Of a stretch of DNA of 64,000 bases, positions 32,040 through 43,441 are shown piece after piece. The notes beneath the pieces are model-generated. The model was not told where the DNA came from. It did no database searches and saw only the letters and a program-made list of their open reading frames with translations. Within the stretch, counting starts at the first letter, position 1, and each line of letters begins with the position of its first letter. The position numbers and the translations under genes were made by a program. Source of the stretch: Nitrospirota bacterium (lineage in GTDB: Bacteria > Nitrospirota > UBA9217); contig CAWCKW010000012.1 of the NCBI GenBank assembly GCA_963796285.1, forward strand, positions 640,001 to 704,000. Direction: 5' to 3'.

Positions 32040-33433
32040 ATCCAACGGTGGTCATCCTTGCCGCAGGACTTGGTACGCGCATGAGGTCGGACCTTGCCAA
32101 GGCGCTCCATGCGCTGGCAGGTCGTCCGCTCATTCAGCATGTTCTGAGCGCCGCCGCCGGTGTCGAGCCGGAAAAGATCATCCTTGTGCTCGGTCACCAG
32201 GCAGACAAGGTGAGGAGCGCGGTGGGCGAGTACCGGCCGGAGATCGTGCTGCAGGCAGAGCAACTCGGCACCGGTCACGCAGTTCGACAGGCAACGGAAG
32301 CTATTTCCGCGGGGGCGGGTCCCGTTTTGGTCCTGTGCGCCGATACACCGCTGATCACGAGCAAAACTCTCCAGGACGTCGTCGATCTTCACCAAAAATC
32401 GCGTGCAACAATTACGCTCGTTACCGCGATGGTGGACAATCCCTTTGGCTACGGCAGGGTGGTGCGCGGGAAATCAGGGGTCATGCGCGTGGTGGAGGAG
32501 AAAGACGCCACCGCGGCGCAGAAGAAAATTCAGGAAGTGAACGCGGGGATCTACTGTTTTGACCGTAAGTTCCTGCTTTCATCTCTCATGGTTCTCGGCA
32601 AGAACAATGCACAGGGAGAGTACTATCTCCCTGACACCATAGAACTCGCAAAAAAGAAAAAACATCGTGTTTCGGCGTTTCTCTGCCGGGATTCGCATGA
32701 GGTGATGGGAGTTAATTCCCGATTCGATCTGAGCCAGGCCGAAGCGATTCTTCGTCGCCGGATAAATCGCCAATGGATGCTCCAAGGCGTCACCCTAGTC
32801 GACCCGGATACGGTCTTTGTCGGAAACGACGTTCGGCTGGGGCGTGATGTCGTGATTTACCCCAACGTAATGATCGAGGGCAGGACCACTGTCGGCAATG
32901 GCTGTGTTATCCGTCCCGGAACCAGGATCGTCAACAGTGTGATCGCGGATAACGTCCTTGTGAAGGATTGTTCGGTGATCGAGGATAGCGAAATCGCTTC
33001 CAATGCCGTCATTGGGCCTTTCGCACATTTGCGGCCCGGTTCTTTGATCGGACCCCGGGCCAGGATCGGGAATTTTGTCGAAGTGAAGAAATCCACGATC
33101 GGCGAAGGGAGCAAGGCGAGCCACCTCGCGTATATCGGTGATGCGTCCGTAGGACGGGACGTGAACATCGGGGCTGGTGTCATCATCTGCAATTACGATG
33201 GATATGACAAACATCCTACGATTATCGAGGACAACGTTTTCGTGGGCAGCGATTCTCAACTCGTGGCTCCGGTCAAAATAGGGCGCGGTGCGCTTGTTGC
33301 CGCCGGGTCGACGATTACCGATGACGTTCCGGCGGACGCACTTGCCATCAGCCGTATGCCACAGGAAATACGGGAAGGGTTTGCGAGCCGAAGAAGAAGG
33401 ATGAAACAGAAGAGCGATAAAAATACCAAATAA
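32036..33433 (+). CDS. glmU: Bifunctional UDP-GlcNAc pyrophosphorylase / GlcN-1-P acetyltransferase
   Basis: LAAGLGTRM, QLGTGHAV, GEYYL, hexapeptide repeats, CNYDG. Confidence 0.95.
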   Translation: MNPTVVILAAGLGTRMRSDLAKALHALAGRPLIQHVLSAAAGVEPEKIILVLGHQADKVRSAVGEYRPEIVLQAEQLGTGHAVRQATEAISAGAGPVLVLCADTPLITSKTLQDVVDLHQKSRATITLVTAMVDNPFGYGRVVRGKSGVMRVVEEKDATAAQKKIQEVNAGIYCFDRKFLLSSLMVLGKNNAQGEYYLPDTIELAKKKKHRVSAFLCRDSHEVMGVNSRFDLSQAEAILRRRINRQWMLQGVTLVDPDTVFVGNDVRLGRDVVIYPNVMIEGRTTVGNGCVIRPGTRIVNSVIADNVLVKDCSVIEDSEIASNAVIGPFAHLRPGSLIGPRARIGNFVEVKKSTIGEGSKASHLAYIGDASVGRDVNIGAGVIICNYDGYDKHPTIIEDNVFVGSDSQLVAPVKIGRGALVAAGSTITDDVPADALAISRMPQEIREGFASRRRRMKQKSDKNTK

Positions 33434-33567
33434 CAGGCATCAACATCGAATAAGATTCAAGAATCGACCACCAAAAAATATATGTCTTGTTATGTGGTGC
33501 CTGGAATTTGGGTAATATTTGTCTTGTGTAATTTTGAATTTTTATAAATAGGGAGGTATAGCGACTT

Positions 33568-35398
33568 ATGTGCGGAATCATAGGGTATATCGGAAAAGAA
33601 CCGGCAGTCCCTATTTTGATCGATGGTCTCAAGAAACTTGAGTACCGCGGGTATGACTCATCCGGTATCGCGGTATTTCAGGATGACAAAATCGTGGTAC
33701 GCAGGGCCGTGGGGAAACTTCAAAACTTGGAGACGCTGCTCCGGGGCGAAACGCTGAGTGGCAGGATCGGCATAGGCCATGTACGCTGGGCCACGCACGG
33801 GAGACCGTCTGAAGAGAACGCGCACCCGCATCTCGCCGGTCGCATAGTCGTGGTCCACAACGGCATCATCGAGAACTATATGGCGCTCAAAAAGGAGCTT
33901 GCGGCGAAGGGGCGTGTTTTTCACTCCGAAACGGATACGGAAGTGATCGCTCATTTGATAGACAGCTTCGTCCAAAATGGCACTTCCCTGGAAGGAGCGG
34001 TGCGCGAAGCGGCACTCCACTTGGAAGGCGCCTATGCGATCGCGGTTATCGACGAGAAAAATCCCGATATCGTCGTCGGTGCGCGAAAAGGAAGCCCCCT
34101 CGTGGTCGGACTCGGCCAGGGCGAGTTCTTCCTCGCCTCAGATATTCCCGCGATCCTGCACCGTACCCGTGACGTGCTGTTCCTGAACGACGATGAGATG
34201 GCAATTCTGTCCAAAGAGGGAGTGAAGATCACTGACCTCAAAGGCGCGGAGGTACATCGAGAGATTACGCGCGTGATGTGGAACCCGGTCATGGCTGAAA
34301 AGGGCGGATACCGGCACTTCATGCTGAAGGAGATTTACGAACAACCGCGTGCCATCCTGGATACCATTCGGGGCAGATTTTCACAGGAAACGGGCGCCAT
34401 TCATCTCGAAGAGATCGGCCCTGCGCTTGACAGGATCCGCAAAGTAAAAAAAATATTCATCGTCGCCTGCGGCACGTCATGGCACGCCGGGCTGGTGGGA
34501 AAATACATGTTCGAGGAGCTCGCAGCCATTTCAACGGAGGTAGACATCGCGTCCGAGTTCCGCTACCGCAGCCCGCTGGTAGGAGAGGGTGATCTGTTCG
34601 TCGCCATTACTCAGTCCGGAGAGACCGCTGATACGCTCGCGGCGATGCGCGAGGCTAAAAAAGAGGGAGCAACGGTCATTGTCATCTGTAATGTCGTGGG
34701 TTCTACCGCGAGCCGGGAGGCCGATGGAATAATCTATACTCATGCCGGACCTGAGATCGGTGTGGCCTCGACCAAGGCCTTTACCGCCCAGCTCGCGGCG
34801 CTTTACCTCTTCGGGCTCTATTTTCGCATCGCTGCGAGGCAACCTGTCGCTTGATGAGATAAAAAAACGGCTCGCCGATCTTGTGCACATTCCCGCGCTG
34901 GTGGAACAATGTCTAGAACAGGATGCCGGGATCGAGCGGATCGCAAAGCACTACTTCAAGGCCAGCGACTTTCTCTATCTCGGAAGGGGACCTAATTTCC
35001 CCGTTGCGCTCGAAGGAGCGCTTAAATTGAAGGAAATCTCATACATCCACGCGGAAGGATATCCCGCGGGAGAAATGAAACATGGACCGATCGCGCTTAT
35101 CGATGAAAACATGCCTGTTGTGGTGCTCGCAGGCAAGAATGGCGTATACGATAAGATCCTGTCGAACATAGAAGAGGTGAAGGCCAGGGGCGGGATCGTT
35201 ATCGGGATTATAACCGACGGAGACACAGAGATCATACCGAAGGTCACCCAGGCCATACCGGTGCCCGCGACCAACCAGCTGCTCATGCCGATCCTCATGT
35301 CGATACCGCTTCAGCTGCTGGCGTATCACATCGCGGTGTTGCGCGGGGCGGATGTGGACCAGCCAAGGAACCTGGCGAAGAGCGTGACGGTGGAGTAG
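33568..35398 (+). CDS. glmS: Glutamine--fructose-6-phosphate aminotransferase; frameshift near 34822
   Basis: [43 protein letters not shown]. Confidence 0.95.
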
Positions 35399-35422
35399 CC
35401 GCGGCTCGCTGCGGAATTGTAT

Positions 35423-35520
35423 ATTGCAAATTGGAAATTGGAAATTGTCAGAGTTGTGGAAGATTTGTAAATTTTTAATCTAAAATTTCCGAATCTTCAA
35501 TTTTCAATTCGACATTCGCA
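35423..35520. repeat. Heptamer-based inverted low-complexity element (AAATTGG / TTTTCAA)
   Basis: attgcaaattggaaattggaaattg ... ttcaattttcaattcgacatt between glmS and pcrA. Confidence 0.5.
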
Positions 35521-35522
35521 GA

Positions 35523-37776
35523 ATGGCGATTATGGATTATCTTGAAAATTTGAACCCTCCCCAGCTTGAGGCCGTGCTGTATGGCGAGGGTCCGCTTCTG
35601 ATCCTTGCCGGCGCAGGGAGTGGAAAGACGCGGGTGATCACATCCCGGATAGCGCACCTGATCCGGGAGCGGGGAGTTGACCCGGGAACTATCCTTGCGG
35701 TCACCTTCACGAACAAGGCAGCCAACGAGATGCGGGAACGGCTCGAGCGTATGATCGATATGCCGCTCGGGCGCGGCATCGGGTACGGCGGGCTCTGGAT
35801 CAGCACGTTCCACTCATCCTGCGTCAGGATCCTGCGGCAGCACATCGACAAGCTTGGTTACAAGCGGTCATTCGTCATCTACGATGAGACGGACCGCTCT
35901 TCGCTCATCAAGGCCTGCATGTCGGACCTGCGAATAGACACGGAGCAGTATCAGGCCACGGGCGATCGGTGCGCGGATCAGCGCTCTCAAAAACAATCTT
36001 ACGGATGCTGAGAAGTTCGAGAAGACGAGCGCTCATTTCGGTTTTGAGGAGGCCGTTTCCCGGACCTACTCACTGTATCAGGAGAAGCTCAGGGAATCGG
36101 AGGGGCTTGATTTCGACGACCTGCTCATGCTTACGGTAAAGCTCTTTGAACAGCATCAGGACGTGCTCGGTTACTATCAGGGACTGTTTCATCATATCCT
36201 GATCGATGAGTATCAGGATACGAACCACGCCCAGTACCGGTTCGTACGGCTTTTGACCATGCAACGCAAGAACCTCTGCGTGGTAGGAGACGACGACCAG
36301 AGCATCTACAAGTTCCGTGGCGCCGATATCGCGAATATCCTGAATTTCGAAAAGGACTATCCGGACGCAAAGGTCATTAAACTCGAACAGAACTACCGCT
36401 CGACCCAGAATATCCTTGGCGCCGCCGGCGCGGTGGTCGCGCGCAACCTCGGCAGAAAACCCAAAGAGCTCTGGACCAGGAAGCAGGGCGGAGATAAGAT
36501 CCTGTGCTACAAGGCCGTTGACGAGAAGGACGAGGCCCGTTTTATCTGCCGGACGATTCAGCAGGAGGTGGATGAAGGCAGGAGCCTGCGCGACATCGCC
36601 GTCCTCTATCGCACGAATGCCCAGTCCCGCGCGCTGGAAGACGCACTGCGCAATTGGGGGACACCGTACCGGATCTTCGGCGGTCTGCGATTCTATGATC
36701 GCAAAGAGATCAAGGACATCATCGCATATTTGCGGGTGTTGCAGAATTCCGCGGATGTTGTCAGTCTGCGCAGGATCATCAATGTCCCCGCGCGCGGTAT
36801 CGGCGATACCACGGTGGAAAAACTGGAACGAGCGGCCGCACTATCCGGGGTGTCGCTATATCAGGCCGCAGCGGACGCAGATTCAACCGATATCACACCG
36901 GCGGCGAAGAAAAAGCTCCGGGAGTTCATCGGCATGATGGACCGGATTCGCGATGCGCGTGGAACAATGACGATCACGGAACTGGTCCGGAGGATCATCC
37001 TCGAAGCAGGGTATGGCGCGGCGCTCGAGCAGGAGAAGACCATTGAGTCCCGTATCAGGCTTGAGAACCTGAACGAGCTCATGACCGCAACCGAGGACTT
37101 TCAGGAACAGAACCGCAATGCGTCGCTTCCGGAGTTTCTGGACCAGGTGGCGCTCATCACGGATGCGGAACAGCAAATCGCGGCTGATGGCAAGCGTGAA
37201 AATACGGATACCGTGACGCTCATGACCCTGCATAATGCCAAGGGGCTTGAGTTTGCATTGGTGTTTATGGCAGGCATGGAAGAGGGTTTGTTCCCCCATT
37301 CCCGATCCGCCGAGAGCGACGAAGAACTTGAAGAAGAACGCCGGCTTTGCTATGTGGGCATCACGCGGGCCAAGGAACGCTTGATCCTCACCCACGCTTT
37401 GGAGCGCAGACTCTACGGATACCCGCAGGCCAATCTCGTTTCACGATTTGTGCAGGAGATTCCGAGCGAGGCCGTGGACTTTGTGGGGATGGAACGGTCA
37501 TCACCGTCGTACGCATTACGGGACCGTGCTCCATGGAATCTCGCATTGCACAGCACTGCGCGGGCAGCAACAGAGCCTGCCCCCTCCTCACAATCCATGA
37601 GAACAGGTCCCACGGACTCGTACTACAAAGGGGCTGTAGTGAAGCATGCCAAGTTCGGACTCGGCACAGTACAACGCTCTGAGGGAACAGGGGATGACCT
37701 GAAGATCAGCGTGAGCTTTCCCGGATACGGGGTAAAGACACTTGCAGTGAAATTTGCGAATTTAGAAGTAGTTTAA
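35523..37776 (+). CDS. pcrA: ATP-dependent DNA helicase PcrA/UvrD; frameshift near 35955
   Basis: AGAGSGKT, TFTNKAA, DEYQD, VGDDDQSIY, QNYRS, AKGLEF, EERRLCYVGITRA, C-terminal Tudor-like domain. Confidence 0.93.
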
Positions 37777-37869
37777 AGCTTAACCAGAGAGTACACAGAG
37801 AAATTCAAGATATAAAATTCTTGATTAAGCTTATTCTCCGTGAGCTCTATGGTTACATGAGGATTTGCC

Positions 37870-38157
37870 ATGAAGATCACGAAACAGGAAGTTGAACACG
37901 TTGCCCGGCTTGCCCGGCTCGAGTTGTCGGAACAGGAAAAGGAAAAGCTCACGGACCAGCTCTCGAACATTCTCACCTATGTCGAGAAGCTGAACGAGCT
38001 GGACACCACGGGGGTGGAGCCAACAGCCCACGTGCTGGATATCAACAACGTCATGCGCGATGATGTCCCGGGAGAGAGTTTGACCCAGGAGAGGGCGCTG
38101 GCGAACGCGCCGGAAAAGGCTGCAGGACACTATAAGGTGCCGAAGATCATTGAATAG
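37870..38157 (+). CDS. gatC: Asp/Glu-tRNA amidotransferase subunit C
   Basis: EVEHVARLARL...ANAP...YKVPKII. Confidence 0.95.
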   Translation: MKITKQEVEHVARLARLELSEQEKEKLTDQLSNILTYVEKLNELDTTGVEPTAHVLDINNVMRDDVPGESLTQERALANAPEKAAGHYKVPKIIE

Positions 38158-38241
38158 CGCTAGAGACCTTGAGTGGTCAGGAGTTAGAGCAACATGTTTA
38201 CCTGACCCAAATCCTTGGACCCTCTGATTCAAAGGAGAACC

Positions 38242-38619
38242 ATGTTTAGACTGATGCTGCGTTCAAAGATACACCGCGCGACCGTGACGGACGCGAACTT
38301 GGAGTACGAAGGGAGTCTGACCGTGGACCCTGTACTGATGGAGGCAGCGGATATGCTGCCCTATGAGCAGGTGCGGGTCTCGAACCTCAATAACGGAGAA
38401 CGCTTTGAGACGTATCTTATCCCGGGTAAACGCGGCTCAGGCGATATGTGCCTGAACGGTCCGACCGCACGGAAAGGCTCGAAGAGTGACAAGATCATCG
38501 TTTTCTGCTACGAATATTATAACGAACAGGAATTGAAGACTTTTAAACCCAATATCGTGCAGGTAGATGAGAGAAACAAGATCGTTTCCGTGGGCCACGC
38601 TATCAAGGACAAGGAGTAG
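38242..38619 (+). CDS. panD: Aspartate 1-decarboxylase
   Basis: SKIHRATVT, YEGS cleavage site, NGERFETY. Confidence 0.92.
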   Translation: MFRLMLRSKIHRATVTDANLEYEGSLTVDPVLMEAADMLPYEQVRVSNLNNGERFETYLIPGKRGSGDMCLNGPTARKGSKSDKIIVFCYEYYNEQELKTFKPNIVQVDERNKIVSVGHAIKDKE

Positions 38620-38624
38620 TAGGC

Positions 38625-40088
38625 ATGGAGTTATACAATCTCACGATCCACGAACTGCACGAGATGCTGAACAGGGGCGAGACCACCGCCAGGGCCGTGA
38701 CCGAATCCGTGCTCGGCAGGATACAGTCTGTCGATGACAAGGTCAAGGCATACATCACGGTGACCGCGGACGTCGCACGCAAACAGGCAGCGGAAGCGGA
38801 CAAGCGGTTTGCGGCTAAAGACGCGGGCTCGACGCTCCTCGGCATTCCCGTTGCGATCAAGGACAATATGTGCACCGAGGGAATCAGAACGACGTGCGCG
38901 TCAAAGATTCTCGGTAACTTTATTCCGCCCTATGATGCTACAGTGGTCCGGAAGCTGAAACAGGCCGGTGCAGTGATCAGCGGCAAACCGAACCTCGATG
39001 AATTCGCCATGGGGTCGTCTACCGAGAACTCAGGTTTTTCAGATCACCAGAAACCCCTGGGACCTTGAACGTATCCCCGGCGGTTCGAGCGGCGGTTCAG
39101 CAGCCGCCGTGGCAGCAGGCGAGTGTATAGCAGCGCTTGGTTCTGACACAGGCGGCTCCATCCGACAGCCGGCTGCATGCTGCGGCGTCGTGGGGCTCAA
39201 ACCGACTTACGGCAGGGTGTCCCGTTATGGCCTCGTGGCATTCGCTTCATCGCTCGACCAGATCGGCCCTATCACCAAAGACGTGACGGATACGGCGATT
39301 CTCATGAACATGATCGCCGGCCATGATTCGCTGGATTCCACCTCGGCGAACATCTCGGTCCCCGATTTCACCGCTGTGCTCTGAAAAAAGACGTCAAGGG
39401 AATGAAGATCGGCATCCCGAAGGAGTATTTTATCGAGGGCATGGACCCTGAGGTGGACAAGGCGGTGCGGGATGCGGTAAAGACATTGGAAGGACTCGGC
39501 GCAACGGTCAAGGAGGTTTCGCTTCCGCATACCGCCTATGCCGTGGCTACCTACTACATTCTGGCTACCTCCGAGGCAAGCTCGAACCTTGCGCGCTACG
39601 ATGGCGTTAAGTACGGGGTCCGTGCCGCAGGAGCAAAGGACCTTCTCGATATGTACATGAAGTCGCGCAGCCAGGGGTTTGGACCGGAGGTCAAACGAAG
39701 GATCATGCTTGGTACATATGCGCTTTCCGCAGGCTATTATGAGGCCTATTATAAGAAAGGCCAGCAGGTACGGACGCTCATCAAACGCGATTTCGACGAG
39801 GCGTTCAAGGCCGTGGACATCATTGCCACGCCCACAGCGCCGACCGCGGCATTCAAGATCGGGGAGAAATCGGCCGATCCGCTCCAGATGTATCTGTCGG
39901 ACATCTTCACGATCAGCGTGAACCTTGCCGGCATCCCGGGGATCTCGATACCCTGCGGGTTCACGAAGAACAATCTCCCGATCGGATTGCAGCTGCTGGG
40001 CAGGCATTTCGACGAGGAGTCGATCATCCGCGCTTCCTTTGCCTACGAACAGGCAACGGATTGGCATAAGAGGAGAGCAAGGCTTTAA
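38625..40088 (+). CDS. gatA: Asp/Glu-tRNA amidotransferase subunit A; frameshifts near 39035 and 39385
   Basis: [45 protein letters not shown]. Confidence 0.93.
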
Positions 40089-40255
40089 AACTATCACCAC
40101 ACCCTGCACTCGCGGTTCCGCTCGTTAACGCTGGGCGCAGGCAGAGGGCGCAGAGGGCATAATTCCTGTACAGGAATCATTCGAGATTTAACATTCCAAG
40201 ATTTAAGGTGTTTTCTCCGTGCACTCTGTGGTTAACGTTTTCGAAGGGATTCATT

Positions 40256-41687
40256 ATGAAATATGAGGCGGTCATCGGCCTGGAAGTGCATGCGCAGCTA
40301 CAGACCAATACAAAGATATTTTGCGGTTGTGAAACGAAGTTCGGCGAGGACGCGAACACAAGGACCTGCCCGGTCTGCATCGGCATGCCCGGCGTTCTGC
40401 CGGTCCTGAACAGAAAGGTCGTGGAGTATGCGGTCAAGACCGGCCTGGCCACGAACTGCACGATCAGCCCGTACAGCCGGTTCGCGCGCAAGAATTATTT
40501 CTACCCCGACCTTCCCAAAGGCTATCAGATATCGCAGTACGAACTGCCGATCTGCGAACATGGATACGTCGAGATCGTGGTCGAGGGAAAAGTGAAGCGC
40601 ATCGGGATAACGCGTATCCATCTCGAAGAGGATGCCGGCAAGAACCTGCATACCTCGGAGGCAGGCGCGAGCCTTGTGGACCTGAACCGCGCGGGCACGC
40701 CGCTGATGGAGATCGTGTCCGAGCCGGACATTCGTACGGCAGAAGAGGCTTCAGAATATCTCCAGAAGCTCCGCGCCATCCTGCGTTACATAGAAGTGTC
40801 CGATGCTGACATGGAAAAGGGGAACTTCCGGTGCGATGCAAACGTCTCCATCCGTCCGGTTGGGGCACACGGAATTCGGCACCCGCGCTGAGATAAAAAA
40901 TGTGAACTCCTTCAAGTTCGTGCAGAAGGCGATCGAGTACGAGATCAAGCGCCAGGCCCAGGTCCTCGATGAAGGTGGCCGGGTGGTGCAGGAGACACGG
41001 CTTTTTGACTCGAACAAAGGTGTTACCTTCTCGATGCGCAGCAAAGAAGAGGCGCACGACTACCGGTATTTCCCGGAGCCTGACCTCGTTCCGGTGGTCG
41101 TATCAAAGGATATGATCGAAGATATCCGGAAAACCATCACCGAACTGCCGGATGCCAAACGCGAACGGTTCGCGCGCACCTATGGTCTTCCGGAATACGA
41201 CGCTGATATGCTGACGCAGAGCCGGGCCATGGCTTTGTATTACGAGGAAGCGGTCAAACTCTCAGGCCAGCCCAAGGCGGTCTCGAACTGGATGATGGGC
41301 GAGCTTATGCGGCTATTGAATACCGAGAATAAGGAGATCGAGGCAAGCCCCATCAAACCGGACCGTCTCGCGGGAATGATCAAAATGATCGAGGCTGGAG
41401 TGATCAGCATCAAGATCGCCAAGACCGTGTTCGAGGAGATGTATACGAGCGGCAAGAACGCGGAGACCATTGTAGTGGAGCAGGGTCTGGTGCAGGTCTC
41501 GGACACCGGCGCCATAGAAAAGGTCATCGACGAGGTAATCAAGGCCAACCCTGGCCAGCACGCAGACTACAAGTCAGGTAAGGAAAAGCTCTTCGGATAT
41601 TTCGTGGGGCAGGTGATGAAAGCAAGCAAGGGCAAGGCGAACCCGGATATGGTGAATCAGTTGCTGAAGAAGAAACTGAGCGAATAA
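40256..41687 (+). CDS. gatB: Asp/Glu-tRNA amidotransferase subunit B; frameshift near 40865
   Basis: [39 protein letters not shown]. Confidence 0.95.
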
Positions 41688-41872
41688 AGAACGATGATTT
41701 CGTAGTAAGCCGGATTTAACCATGGAGGTCCAGGAGAACACGGAGGAAATATAAATTATTAAAATAGTATTCTCCGTGTCATAGATTTATGGCGTAATGT
41801 AACTTAATACGAATGCAAGAAAATGTGACCAGATAAGGTCAATAGTAAAAAATACTGCAAGGGGGCTTTGAG

Positions 41873-42565
41873 ATGCTTGAATCGATACACAAACACATGA
41901 ACTGGATAATGTGGGCCATCGTGGTCCTGATCACCGTGACCTTTCTTTTCTTCGGGATCTATCCGTCCAATGTTGGCGGAAGTTCGGTGGCAAAGGTCGG
42001 CGGGGACGTTATTACTGCCGAAGAATTCAACAGGGTGTACAGGAATTTGTACGATAATTATAAACAGCAGCTCAAGGACCAGTTCAATGAGTCATTCGCC
42101 AAAAGCCTGAAGTCTCAGGCCATGCAGGAACTGGTTGTAGGAAAACTGCTCGTTCAGGAGGCCGAACGGGTAGGTCTGCGGATCAGCGATGAGGAACTTC
42201 AGGCCGAGATCATGAAGATGCCCTCATTTGCCAGGGACGGCAGGTTCGATAAGAAGCTCTATGACAGGATCCTCGACCAGATAAATATGAAGCCTGCGGC
42301 ATTTGAGGCAAGCCAGCGTGAGTTCATGCTCAGGCAGAAGTTGGAACAGATTGTGAAAGACGGTGTCGTGGTGACCGATGCCGAGCTGGCAGCTGCCTAC
42401 CAGCAGAGAAATCCCAAGGCAAAGCCAGGTGATTTCGATAAGAACAAGGAACTGTTCAAACAAACGCTCCTTGCCGAAAAACAAAGAAACGCGATAACTG
42501 CGTATGTACGCGAGATCCAGAGCAGGACGAAAGTAACGATCGACAATAAGGCGATCGCGTCATAA
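41873..42565 (+). CDS. SurA N-terminal domain protein (PpiD-like, no parvulin domain)
   Basis: N-terminal TM, VAKVGG..I, EAERVGL.ISDEEL, F..DG.FD...Y. Confidence 0.75.
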   Translation: MLESIHKHMNWIMWAIVVLITVTFLFFGIYPSNVGGSSVAKVGGDVITAEEFNRVYRNLYDNYKQQLKDQFNESFAKSLKSQAMQELVVGKLLVQEAERVGLRISDEELQAEIMKMPSFARDGRFDKKLYDRILDQINMKPAAFEASQREFMLRQKLEQIVKDGVVVTDAELAAAYQQRNPKAKPGDFDKNKELFKQTLLAEKQRNAITAYVREIQSRTKVTIDNKAIAS

Positions 42566-42592
42566 CGGGCTTCACTTGGAGAGACCATACAG

Positions 42593-42640
42593 TTGCATGG
42601 TTTGAGGGGTTGCAAACCTTCTGACCATGCAATCTTTTTT
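42593..42640. terminator. Terminator hairpin between convergent genes
   Basis: ttgcatggt...accatgcaa stem followed by tctttttt. Confidence 0.6.
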
Positions 42641-42657
42641 CGATCATCCAACCGTTT

Positions 42658-43386
42658 TCAGATGCCTGAATTCCAATCCAGGTCTCCGGTCATTTCCCAC
42701 TGGATGAAATTTCTGATCTTCAGCAGGGTTTCTCGCGGGATATCGACAAAACGGAGACCCATGCCCGGTTCTACCTCGAACTGGGTGCCGAGCTGAAAGG
42801 TGCGGACGACTTCCGCAGGAAGTTCTATTGATTCAGCGTCATGGGGGAGCGTGAACCGGATATGAAGGAGTTTGCCTTCCGGCAGAGGATTAAGGGTACG
42901 AAGATATAATCCGCCTTCCGACAGATTCACACTCGTCAGCACCATTTTCGTCATGCCTTCCGCAATTTCCACGCGCATCTTGACCGCGATACGCGGAGTG
43001 GTCCTCGGCTGTCCGCAGAGCCGCGAAAGTACCCCATACATGAGAGCCAAATCCAGCGGTTTTGTGAGCACAGCTGAGCATCCTTGTGAAAGCAGAGCCT
43101 GAATTTTTGCGGGATCATCATTGGTCATAAATACGACCAACGGCTGGTCTTTGAGCACTGGATCGGTTCTCAACAAGGTGATAGCGGTCTGTAGTTCAGG
43201 CTCCAACAGTTCTCCATCAAAGAGTGTAAGCGAGAAAGGAGATTTTTGGGCAAGACGTATGCCCTCGTCCGGGGTCTTGGCGAGTATGGAGGAAAACCAG
43301 ATGCGGCTGAGAAGCACACCCAAATACATCTGACCAGCAGAAGAACGACAGATTATGAGAACCCGCTTTTTTTCTGACATGTACAT
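42658..43386 (-). CDS. Atypical receiver domain + PilZ domain protein
   Basis: REC-like fold with LTKP; PilZ motifs RTTPR and NLSEGG; GMGLRF. Confidence 0.8.
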   Translation of the reverse strand: MYMSEKKRVLIICRSSAGQMYLGVLLSRIWFSSILAKTPDEGIRLAQKSPFSLTLFDGELLEPELQTAITLLRTDPVLKDQPLVVFMTNDDPAKIQALLSQGCSAVLTKPLDLALMYGVLSRLCGQPRTTPRIAVKMRVEIAEGMTKMVLTSVNLSEGGLYLRTLNPLPEGKLLHIRFTLPHDAESIELPAEVVRTFQLGTQFEVEPGMGLRFVDIPRETLLKIRNFIQWEMTGDLDWNSGI

Positions 43387-43441
43387 TCCCCTCCATTAAA
43401 CAATGAATTTATCCAGATTAGAGCATGGAAGCGTTCCGATG

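Noticed and set aside
33434-33567. glmS ribozyme upstream of glmS
   Set aside because: The spacer is AT-rich and low-complexity, with no recognisable ribozyme core
33568-41687. Frameshifts in glmS, pcrA, gatA and gatB (also ftsB, GH57, the helicase and pilMN) as programmed frameshifting or pseudogenes
   Set aside because: They affect essential genes, are scattered single-base indels and show no shared slippery motif; sequencing or assembly error is the simplest explanation
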